DNA of 63,268 bases, filler included, from Basidiobolus ranarum (lineage: Eukaryota): assembly GCA_040143965.1 (NCBI GenBank). It is 18 parts of 18 records of this genome, joined end to end, with 100 filler letters (N's around TTAATTAATTAA, not from the genome) between each part and the next. Parts side by side here need not be neighbours in the genome. Positions count along the whole stretch, not along the records: positions 45,834 to 49,243 come from JASJQH010002505.1; positions 49,344 to 52,752 come from JASJQH010002506.1; positions 52,853 to 56,259 come from JASJQH010002507.1; positions 56,360 to 59,764 come from JASJQH010002508.1; 14 more parts are not named here. One strand, written 5' to 3'. A program made the translations under genes and the position numbers. The notes beneath the pieces were generated by a model. It searched no databases. It was not told the DNA's origin and saw nothing but the letters and a program-made list of their open reading frames with translations. Positions 48,485-59,864 of this stretch are shown piece after piece; within the stretch, counting starts at the first letter, position 1; each line of letters starts with the position of its first letter.

Positions 48485-48664
48485 TTAGTGTGCAATCCAA
48501 CGACGTATCGTTTCCAAAGAAAGCGTAGGCAATCTGTATGCCTCTAGAAACACAGACCCTGTAGACTGATTTTGATGTGTACTTGTGTTGGTCCCACTCT
48601 TGACGTGCTTGGAGTGTTGTAGTTCCTGGTGACGACGAGCAGCAATCAAACGGACTGAATCCAT
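48485..48664 (-). CDS. Candidate small protein (59 aa)
   Basis: MDSVRLIAARRHQELQHSKHVK...LSLETIRRWIAH*. Pyrimidine-rich leader and ATAAATATA upstream; below the ORF-track cutoff. Confidence 0.35.
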   Translation of the reverse strand: MDSVRLIAARRHQELQHSKHVKSGTNTSTHQNQSTGSVFLEAYRLPTLSLETIRRWIAH

Positions 48665-49343
48665 AGTTAAAGAGTAGCGATTTAGGCTTAGAGAGATAAC
48701 GAAAGAGAAGAGTAAGTGCCTGGATACCGAGAATGAGTATATTTATCGAAGTTGATGAATTATGGTGAGAGAAGTGAAGATTTTTATAATCAACTGTCCA
48801 ACAAATAGGTGGCCAACGATTATCGGATTGAAGTTTTCCGAAGCAAATAATAAAAGCGTTGGGAAAGATCTTTCGAAACCACCATTTATGGATAGATCCT
48901 AATAATGAAATAAGGGCACAAAATGGATTGGGCTAGATGTGGACGAGAGCAGCATGTCAAGGACAAGGACCCAAATCATGGGATATATCAATAGTGACTG
49001 TTTGGATAATGGGTTGGTAGCGAATTCACTTGAAACCCAATTGATACGTTGCTACAATGCTGTCGAGAAGCCATGTGCTTAGCCTTTAGTAGCTGAACTT
49101 GGTGATGCAATGTATCAAGCTTATGATCGGCCATATGTCTAGTGGGCCATTGGTTGATTCCTTTCTCTAGGGACTGGCATTATTTTTCTCAAACACTTTG
49201 CAATTCGCCATTCGAGTGCACATGGATGAGCTTGGCACACAGGNNNNNNNNNNNNNNNNNNNNNNNNNNNNNNNNNNNNNNNNNNNNTTAATTAATTAAN
49301 NNNNNNNNNNNNNNNNNNNNNNNNNNNNNNNNNNNNNNNNNNN

Positions 49344-51738
49344 CAGACCTGGTACAAGTGGAAAACACTTGTCAATTGTATGACTTATAATCCTTCAGTA
49401 ATTAAACAGCCTTCTTGTCCAAATGGTTGTTTGGCTTTCACTGGTGATCTGAAAAACCTGAAGTCATGTATTGTTTGCACACAATTGGCAATCACTGAAT
49501 CAGGTAAATATTTTTCATGTTTGGCTTACATACCATTGATTCCCTTTCTTTAAGTTTTGATGAAATCACCCAAATATAAATCATTGATCCAATACCAAAG
49601 TACTCCCCATAAAGCTGATGGTATTACTGATATATTTGATGGATATCAATACCAGAATCTGAAAAGTCAAGGATTCTTTGAGAACATGTATGATTATGCA
49701 TTTGCATTGGCTCTGGATGGTTTCTCACTAAACAAATATACCATTGGAAAGGCTTGCTGGCCAATAATTTTAATCAACTTAAATCTTCCTCCTTCTGAAT
49801 GGTATAAGAGTCATAATATTTTGATACTATCCATCATATCTGGACCTAAATCACCAGTGCTTATAGATAGCTTCTTGGAGCCTTTGATTGCGGAATTTGA
49901 ACGGTTATCTAATGGGGTTCAGATGGGTGAATATTTTATTAAAGCTAATATCATTGTATGTATTGGTGACACTCCTGCCATCAGTAAACTTGGAGGTTTT
50001 TGCAGGCACAATGCACTATCTTGCTGTAGATTTTGTCAAATCAATGGAGTTTACTCTAACAGGCATACGCATTACTACTATCCAAATACAACACTAAACT
50101 CCATGATTTTACCGTCAAGAGCCCGGTCAGATTTCAACATGATCACTGATATCAATTCACCAAATAGTCAGTCTAACATCAAACTTGGTATTAGCCGTAA
50201 GCCTAAGATTATATTGCTAAAGGGGATTAGCAGGAGCCAGAGCTTCCCATTAGGCACTATGCACTTACTATTCAGCAACATTCCCATACTACTTACTCAG
50301 CTATATAGTGGAAAACTCAATATGAATGAGCCATGCAAGATAGAATCAAAGTTTGAGTTGATTGGGAAAATGCTTGAAAACATAAAGATAGCATCATATT
50401 TTACCAGGACTCCCATCAACATCCACTCATCTAGGTGTGTATTTGAATGCAAAGACTGGAAGTATTGGATATGTATATATTCAGGTGGAATTTTGAAAAG
50501 ATTTCTGCCAGATGAGTATTGACAACATTGGGAGTTGTTTGTCAATATTGTTAGTATATTCTTATGGCATCAACTCATATTGGCAGATCTCAGGCAGATA
50601 CAGTGATTGCGCAAAGATTTTGTAATTGGATATGAAAACTTTATTACAGGTTCAAAGATAGACCGAATCTATGCTGGTATTCAATACATTCCCTGCTGCA
50701 TCTTTCACAATGTTTAGAAAATATAGGCACTTGCTAAACATTATGGGAGTTCCTAATGGGGTGCACCTGCAGTGAAATAATGCTCCATGTGAAATTGTCA
50801 GTATTACCATATGCTAATCAGATTAACAATGTATCAGCAAAATCAGTGATGGATGTAATGTGATGGGTTAAGGAGACTCCAAAGTATATTAAACTGCCAC
50901 CAAAGGGCTCCTTTCTATGTGCTCATGGGTTTTTGCATGGTTTGAGCAAAATGACAGCAACAAAACCCAATCCATGGACACAGAGTAAAAACCTCTTTAA
51001 TCAGACTAATTTGCTTGTGTGTTAATCTGACGGTATTTTTAGGAAAGCTGCAACAGAGACTTCTTAGTGAGATAGATCAAGACACACAGTATTATTCTTG
51101 TAGCAATGGGTTAATCTTTATAAGCAATGACACATCTACTTGTGGTAGGACATTTGTTGACTGCAAGTTAGGGATGTATTGGCTGAATTCTTTACAGAAA
51201 TATGCCAGAATCCAGGAGCTTATACTCATTGTGAACTGTAACAAGAGTCAGCTATTTGACAAGTGTCAGTACTATTCAAAGGTCAGATGTTTGGCATTTT
51301 TTCCACCATTAATTTGCTGGTAAAGAAAATTGAGGTTGTTGAGTTATATCTGATCAGTCAAGTATGTGCATAAATAGAGACTAAACACAAGAAGATGCTT
51401 GTATTTTTTGATTCTCATTATGGCTGAAAAACAAAACTAAAATATCTAAATAAGGGCTTGCATATTAAATCAAATTCCTACGGCAGTAAATACTGTAATT
51501 TGCCACTTGAAACCTAAACATTTTCAATCATTGCCAAATATTGAAAAATGCATGCCAAATTTGAGGATTAATGTTTTAACATGTATTATTACCATCAAAA
51601 TACCATCAAGAAACTGCCATCATACCTTCAAAATCCTGACAGAATGCAAGCCTCCAATATTGAGACAGTTCTCTAATGGTTTTGCTATTTCAGAGGGTGG
51701 ATCCAAAGTGGATCATATTGATTTAATTTTTGTCACGG
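49344..51738 (+). mobile_element. CACTA/EnSpm element: transposase through the distal terminus
   Basis: The 321-aa ORF at 49557-50522 has DIFDG, FALALDGF, CWPIILINLNLPP, GPKSP and GDTPAISKLGGF. The terminal region 51640-51738 matches 3536-3633. Confidence 0.92.
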
Positions 51739-52078
51739 TGGCTTTATGGTGAGTTTGTTGGTATTCGATCAATGATTTATATTTGGGTGATTTCATCAAA
51801 ACTTCAAGATGGGGAAACAATAGTTTGTAAGCCAAATGTGAATGGTATTTACCAGATTCAGGGATTGCCATTTGTGTGCAAACAGTACATGACTTCAGAT
51901 TTTTCAGATCACCAGTGAAAGCCAAACAACCATTTGGATATGAAGGTAGTTTAATTACAGATGAATTGTAAGTCACACAAGTGACAAGTGTTTTCCAGTT
52001 GTGCTGGGTTTGTGGAAAGCAACAGTTGCCAATTAACTGAGGTAAAAGTGTGATTAAACCAGTAAACATTTGGTTGCA
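51739..52078 (-). mobile_element. Inverted fragment of the same CACTA transposase (target of the preceding copy)
   Basis: Reverse complement of 49344-49615-type sequence (PNGCLAFTGDLKNLKSCTVC...MKSPKYKSLI). Confidence 0.85.
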
Positions 52079-52752
52079 TCATAACAGTAATTTGAGGATT
52101 GTTATTGTAGGAAAAACATCACGATTTTAATCCATTTGGGATTGACCATTTACTTGCTGTTATAAAATTGTCAAGGCAGATTTGATTTGAATCAATTTTT
52201 TCAGTTTCAGGACTGAAATTTCAAGATCTTGCAAAATAGTTGCACATGAATGGCTACAATTGCAGACAACTATGGATCAACATATGTGCAAGAAACATAA
52301 CTCACATTTGACACAATTACCACTTGAATGCTAATTTGTCATCTTCAAAATCCCTAGTCTCTTTGATATATTCTCCTGAATATTCTTATAGAGTTCTTCA
52401 TAGCCAAGGTTTAGCTCATACCCAACACAAGTTTGTATCAATATCTCCATCAAAGCCCACCATTGTATTAATGTTGCTAAATCAACATTCTTCCAGCTAT
52501 CTGACAGATACCCTGCAATATTGTGCCACTCTGTATAGGACTTGTTCTCTGTGATAGTGACAGGTTGTGCTGTATATATCATATTGGATAAAGTATTCTA
52601 AAATTTATGCAGCACAATTTGGCACTATCCATCACCCTCTGGCATGATCAATTTCAATCATATTTACTTAAATATACTGATCCAAGGTCCAATAAATCCT
52701 GGCACAATAGAACAAGTCCATTAAGTTCTTCCCAGATATCTGCATGGTCAAC
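52079..52752 (-). mobile_element. Distal part of the CACTA accessory ORF
   Basis: Shares TAAGTTCTTCCCAGATATCTGCATGGTCAAC with 24760-24790. The frame at 52582-52331 continues past TAG into a Cys/His-rich stretch. Confidence 0.5.
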
Positions 52753-52852
52753 NNNNNNNNNNNNNNNNNNNNNNNNNNNNNNNNNNNNNNNNNNNNTTAA
52801 TTAATTAANNNNNNNNNNNNNNNNNNNNNNNNNNNNNNNNNNNNNNNNNNNN

Positions 52853-53560
52853 AGAAGGGGTAGAAGAAGGAGTAGAGGTAGGGGCAGAAGAAGGTTCAAT
52901 TATCGGCTGCAATGGGCTCGCTGTAGGGGAAGCTGATGGTACTACTGCTGTTGGACTAGATGACGGCGTTGAGATTGATTTCTTGAAGTATACTTCAACC
53001 CCACCAGCATACGTAACTCCAGTGCTTTTCTCTATAGCAAGGTAGAGTGTGACATGATCCCCAGCACATTCAGGGCAGATTGGTGCATTACTGACGCTGC
53101 TACCAGACAAAGAACTGGTAACCGAAGTGTGCTGATCATACCGATCACTTCCACAGAGATATCTAGTACCAAAGCTAAATACTCTTGAGCCCGCGGCCGC
53201 AAAGGCTCCATTTATATAGCTATTACATGAACCAGAGCTGAAGTTCCAAGTGATATCAATTTTAGAGTTTGGATCATAGAGCAAACCTTGACTGGGAGAG
53301 ATCATACAACCACTGATATCCTTATTAAAGGTATAAGTAGAGTTAAAGACATACGGAGCGGGAGGACAATCTGCGCTACCAGCAGACAACGCTTTGAATT
53401 GTATCGACATTTGAGATGGCCTGGAGTAGAGCCCAAGCAAATTCTCTTATTTATATGGATTCATTCAGGCTAGATTCTTCGCTACTCAAAAGAGTTAAAC
53501 ATACCTCAAGACCATTACTCGTAGCTTGTAATACAGGGGTAGCACAGAAGCCAACTTTCT
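52853..53560 (-). CDS. Hypothetical extracellular-type protein with a Cys-containing domain and a Pro/Ser/Thr linker; 5' exons uncertain, 3' end cut
   Basis: About 200-codon open frame ending PSSSPTAVVPSASPTASP...; probable intron at about 53447-53504. Confidence 0.6.
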
Positions 53561-56127
53561 TATTAATTAGGTCAGTGTATCCGTGCACAATTATGATTTC
53601 CGAACTCAGACGGCCCAACGGAACACATAAAAAAGGGTAGATTGCAATGAAGTTACACACTGAGATATTATAAGAATTGGACTTCGAGACGTCATATATA
53701 AGAATACTGAACATGAATATTTTAAAGTAATATATCGCTGTAACATTGGTAACCACCAATAGGTGTGGACTGCGTAATTATTTAGCATAATTACCCCAAC
53801 TTCATTCAATTGACATCTAGGATGAGCTTTTCGACATAATATATCAAGAGATCAGAACCTTCCTTCACATGGTCAGTAATATATTTTATATGTGAAGTTG
53901 TAGATGTTATTAAATTGGAAAAGTGACAGGAGAGGTAAATGGTGCCTTAGAAGCCGGTTCGTTTAGTCTATTACTATGAATGTATAGGTATCTATAGCTG
54001 GACTTTTCTCTTGCGAATATTTGGTCCACAATATATCGATAAACTATTTTTAACCCAAAGTCATCTCCATATTTAGCTCAACTGCAATAAGTAGTTAGTG
54101 AATAGATATAGAGGGAGTCATTCTCAATGCTATGCATTCTATTTCTCCTTTGAATGCTCTTTAGTCAAGTATATGTGGCAATACTGGAATAAACCACCTA
54201 AATATTCATGTGATATTTGGCATACTTGTTGCTTATTCCACCAATATTTCACAAGTGAAAGTCATCACATGCCCAGGATATATTTGACAAATATCAGAAA
54301 TGCTCAGATAAATAGATATTTTCACCTTAACCCCGTCTTCTCAAGCATCTTAAAAGCAAATCTCTGCTGTCACATCTTTTCATTTTCAACATAATTATAA
54401 ATACCTATTTTCAATCTGATAAGACAACAAATGTAAGCTATATGTTTTCTTTAATGTTCTAAGCACTTCCAACTCATCCAACATGCTCACAGTTTATAAA
54501 GTGAAAGGTAGCATAATATTATTGCAAACTTGCCATCTTCTTTAAGTACTAATTGTAAAAGACGAAACTGGTGCTACCAGAGTGCTACTTGTTTTGATCT
54601 AATTGTTGAAGTTTATTGTATAACTTATCTATTATCAATGGCTTTACTAGGTTGCTGCTGATTATCACACAAAAATTTTCCAGTGGTGTACCACCTCTTG
54701 TTCTTAGTTTTTAAGTTTGATTTGGGCAGATATAGGACATGAAGTTATCCAAGTCAGCCCTAAATCCCTCACAACATTTACAATAGTCGAAACAAACATA
54801 TCATCTTTATATACTTGCATTGTTTGGCTCCTATCAATATGTGATTACATTGCAACCAAGGGGTATCCTACAAAACCCGATATGCCTATATTTTTCCTAA
54901 TTGCTTTGTTTGTGTGGTATCCAGAATGGCTTAGAGACAGATGCTTTTTTAACGGAAAGTAAAAGAACCTTTGGAGACAGCAAAATTGGAATATATATAA
55001 TCATGTATAGAATAAGCTTCAAGTAATTTTTGCCTTACAGAAAACAACACCCAATAGAGTGACTGCATATAATGCAGAATTTGAGAAGTCATTGCTTTGG
55101 TGGTACTTTCAAGAATGACAGTGTAAATAGCAAAGAAAACACTCATCAAATCTAAAGAGCACGCCTGATGGACAATATTCATAGGCAACATGCTAAACAA
55201 TGTAGAAATCTAAAACTTAAATATATCTTAACCTCAACTTCTGACTATTTAACATTGCTTTTGTCATATATTCGTTGGAATCCTATTTGCACAATTAGGA
55301 ACACCAACAAGCTCCTACATATGAAATTTGAAAAACCCGCTATGAATCTCTTTATAAGAGGTATAACTACATTTAATTGCGAAAATGGGGTTACTGTGTG
55401 CACAAATATGATGCTGTGTCTGAAAATTTGTAGTATACATTATGTTGAACCAAAATTACCCTTAAGATATCCATTTTGAATTCATAATTAAGAATGCGTG
55501 TTTGTAGAACTTATGTATTTTAAGTAATTCAACGAAAATTATGCTCCAATCACAAAATCCAAAATCATTGTCATGCTATAGCATTCCATTTCTACCAGCA
55601 TGTACCAAAGAAGAGTCTATGAGGTAATTCTTCAATCATTCAGATGCACTTCTAATGGTAATATTAGAGTTAGCTTGAAATAAAGAGGTACATATGATGT
55701 CATTTATTTTGCGAGCAACTGTACACAAAGCCTGCCCAGAGATGAGAAATATCTGAAGTTGAACATCAAGGAATTTCAGTATTTGTTTACTGTCAATGCC
55801 ATTTTAATTGATAAATTATTTGAGGAACTTTGCAACGACCTGATCCAGAACTAAATGAGAAGTTAGCACCAGGTAATCATCTGACGTGATTGCCGCTTTG
55901 AACATGTGTCCTGCTAGTGATTGCGGAATTAGATAAGATAAATACTATATGGTTTACACTAAATGAAGGGATTCAGTTCGCCAAGCGTTTTAGAGTGTTT
56001 GCTTATGTTCAAATACTACTCTCACACGTGTGGAAATCTTATCGTCTATCACTAGACTTCGTAAACACCAATTTTCATTGATAATCCAAGCACATAAATG
56101 GTACTGGAAAGCCAAGTAACTTTAAGG

Positions 56128-56259
56128 GTATTACTTGGAGGTGCAGCTGCAGCCATCATGCTCAATGACACTCGCATTATTGGAGGTGCCAATTTTGATG
56201 GTTCATTCTGGGGTCCAGTAGTAGATCGTGGCTTAGATCGCCCCTTCCTCATTATGAGT
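56128..56259 (+). pseudogene. Alpha/beta-hydrolase (PAF-acetylhydrolase-like) fragment
   Basis: LGGAAAAIMLNDTRIIGGANFDGSFWGPVVDRGLDRPFLIM resembles the segment after the GHSxGG nucleophile elbow. The GHS and upstream domain are missing. Confidence 0.6.
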
Positions 56260-57113
56260 NNNNNNNNNNNNNNNNNNNNNNNNNNNNNNNNNNNNNNNNN
56301 NNNTTAATTAATTAANNNNNNNNNNNNNNNNNNNNNNNNNNNNNNNNNNNNNNNNNNNNATTTCCATATAAGGACTTTCTCAGGTAGTGAGTCATATATA
56401 TGCAAGACATAGATTGTGATAGGATGATTAATATGCTCCAAACTAGTAAAACCAAACTTACGTCAAAGTGGCTTTATGTATGAGGTGTCAGCACCTGATT
56501 GGTTCTTAATTCCCTGTTGAAGCAATTATAGCATTGTGATTGGATACTTGCTGATGGCATCATCCAGATACTGATACATATGGAGTGGAAACTAAGCTGT
56601 TTCAGTGAGGAAATAGAAGAATTCAGATTACCTAATATGTATATCATTTGGACAAATTCAGTGAAATTCTTTTTAACGGCAAAAATTCACAGGCTATGAC
56701 TGTAAATGGCTATTTGTCTTACATGGCTGCAAAAAATACCATGACTATGAATGGGAATGAGAATTGCAAAAAGGTGAATTTTTTTGATTATCCAAATTTG
56801 TACTAATTGCTCATTCATAAATATTATAATTTTTTGGATCCTTCTAAATTTTATAAAATGAAGTATTTTACAAAGTTATTGAGATTCTTCAGTATACAAT
56901 ATGATGTATATTGTGCACTGATAATGGAAACTAAATGTGTAGGAGGGACTGGATATTTTACATTACTCCCAACATGTGACTGAAAAATAAGCAAAACCAA
57001 ACATAGTAATTGGTTCTGCTTTCCTTATCTACCATGGAATTATATATTGAACTCTCTAAATTTAAATGAACATAGCTTAAACTTCTATATATTGCTGTAT
57101 ATTACAGAGTATT

Positions 57114-57452
57114 TGTAAAAGTATTTGGGTGCCTGTTAGTAGTGGTTTGGAGAATTAGAGAAATTGGTGGTTTTTTACTTATTGATTTATTGAGTTGAAA
57201 GTTGACATTTATAGTTTTGTCAAGATGTAAGCAAAATAACATGTAGAATGTGCTTAGGAAGGTCCAGGAACAAGTGTGGAAAGTTTTGGGCCTCTTTGAA
57301 TAATCTATATATCTGAGAACTTCTAGGTTGGTAAAAATATTTTTGGTATATTCCAATTGAAAATAATGGGTAATATCTTGGTAAAATATATGCTAACCAA
57401 GTACTAAGATATACTTGACTATGTAGGTGCTTAGGCAATGTTAATTTCAACA
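57114..57452 (-). mobile_element. Copia solo LTR (339 bp) with 5-bp TSD GTATT
   Basis: Minus strand reads TGTTGAAATT...TTTACA; GTATT at 57109-57113 and 57453-57457. Confidence 0.9.
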
Positions 57453-57659
57453 GTATTCAGCTATTCCATATTTCACCATGATTTTACTTGCCATTGCAAT
57501 ATACTTAGAATAGTTTTACCCACTCTGAAGCTCTCAGATATGTGAAATTTCAATCTAATCTTAGAGGCAGCAAACCTTGCACATATTAGATGTTCTTGGG
57601 ACCTTCCCTAGCACATTCTGTTTCTTTTTTTGTTCACCCTTCAACAAAGCTATATGGAT

Positions 57660-58052
57660 TGCCATCAATGAATGGTTACTTGTTTTAGTTCTCCAATCAG
57701 AAACTTGGTAAAAGCCACATATCTATTCAAAGGATTAACTGTAAATCCTGAGAAATAAGATTAAGATTTATGATATTACACCATACACTTAATTGACATG
57801 TGAATGATGCAAGTTTGTTAGTCTCATAGAACTGGGGAAGAACTTCAGATGCAAATTTGACTGGGTCTTTGATGACAAATCTATTACTCGAGGGCTCCCA
57901 GGCTATCACATCAAACTATTTTGATTCCGAGAGCATACTAGAAGGAGCAAAAATCTTTAGCGTCATACTCAAGAAAAAGTTTACAATGTAATTTACTTGG
58001 AAAGGTTCCGCACAAAGGGAGTCGTACGAGCACAAAAGTGAATACCTTTCAT
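57660..58052 (-). pseudogene. HSF-type DNA-binding-domain gene remnant with introns
   Basis: TPFVRNLS|MLSESK*FDVIAWEPSSNRFVIKDPVKFASEVLPQFYETNKLASFTCQLS|GF matches the HSF domain pattern. In-frame TAG at 57916-57918. Confidence 0.75.
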
Positions 58053-59864
58053 TCCCAACATTTCTGAAATCCAAAGGGGAATGTGACAGCACCTGCCTAT
58101 ATATGGATACCAATACACATTTGTAACCGGGAAGGGGCGATGTAAGGCTGGACCGCTCTTTCCGCCGAGTTGGTCAGTCAATAGACCTTTGTGTCTGAAA
58201 CAGTTTCTTATAAGAACTTGATACTATATTTTGATTTGAAGAGCTGTCAAATACTGCTATATTCCAGATGATATTACTTCATCTATTCTTGTTTGATGGG
58301 CTATAATTTTTTACCAATTCTCACCATCAATGCCTCTTTCCCACGGATTAGTCCAGTTGGTGAAACCGTTCACAGTCAATGAAGTTATTTTTAATTTATG
58401 CTGTATACTTGCTGAATAAGCAACTAGTTTCTTGCTTGGAATGATTTTATTACATTACTACAATTAGTTAGTGCTCATTTGCACACCAATGGTATGCTAA
58501 AACGAATTTCATATCAGCAAACTTATCATCTGCGAGAATCATTGTTTTTCAAAATGCTTACATGAAATTTCACAAAACAATGAAAGTTTCCACATTGAAG
58601 AATGTGAATACAACATTGACTGACATTTCTCTTAAACATTACTCAGTTATAAATGTGGGCGTGATGGTACTTGTGTAGGTCAGGATTAACGAGATACGTA
58701 TTCCAAGGCAGTCCAGAGCGCTCTATGGAATGACTGCTCTTTTTGGTGAGTTGTTCAGCCTGTACAAGTATATATTTGAAACTCCTCAAAGAAACATAGG
58801 CTAACCCTATTTGCTTGATATATATCAAAAGCAGTCATAAATTAGACAGTATCAGCCGTGCTTGACGAGTTAACATTACTGCTAGATCACAGTTGCCTAT
58901 TTGCATGATTCTGATTTTACATCAATGAGTATCTTGTAGCACGACTGAATCAACAAATTGATTTTAGGAAATTCAACACAGAGTAAATGGAATGACCCAG
59001 ACTTACTGGTGATACTGTCTCATCAATCGAGATAATCATTATGTATTATTTCTATTTGAAGTATCAACTGAGAATAGCTTAAGCCAACTGAGATTTTCAA
59101 CAGGCTATTTTCTTGATTACATAAGCCAGGCAGTACATTTATGAATATCATGATAAAAAAGTCTTGGCGAATCTACTATTAGCGAATGGTTTAAATATAA
59201 GTATAAGGGAGAAGGAAACGTAACCATTCCAGATATTCTCCCACTTATAGACCTTCTGTTTGGTGGATATCAAGGAGCACTTACCTGAATCCGTTTGTTG
59301 CAAATTCTGGTGAAGTATGAGATAATCCTAGTATGAGACAACCCTAAATCCCTTCAAGCATCGATGTATATTTTAGGCCTAATGATGCACTCGGCACTCG
59401 GCCCTCAACCTGATCAAATGACAACAAAATTCATTAAAATCTGAAATAAAAGTCTTAAATCATTAACTTATCCAATTTTAGAATATCGCCAGTATCCCGA
59501 GAATTCATTATTGCAAACAGTCAATATTTGTAAGTATCCATGTATGTGTTATTGTTAAATGGTGAACAAAACTCCATGGTCCTCGTACATTCTCTACCTT
59601 CATCACTTTCTCCATTCCTCCTCAAACGAGAGGTCGTGACAATAAGCGGTCGTAAAAATGAATAAAGTAACATCTGGAGGAGCAATACTACTAGGTTTAT
59701 TTTGATGTTTCTGAGAATCTCAGGGGGTCGTAATACGTAAGCTGGAGAACAAAAGACAATTTTANNNNNNNNNNNNNNNNNNNNNNNNNNNNNNNNNNNN
59801 NNNNNNNNTTAATTAATTAANNNNNNNNNNNNNNNNNNNNNNNNNNNNNNNNNNNNNNNNNNNN

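Noticed and set aside
3436..59864. TTAATTAATTAA recurring every 3.5 kb, and ORFs ending XXXLIN
   Set aside because: Artificial linker between size-sorted contigs; not a biological repeat or CRISPR array.
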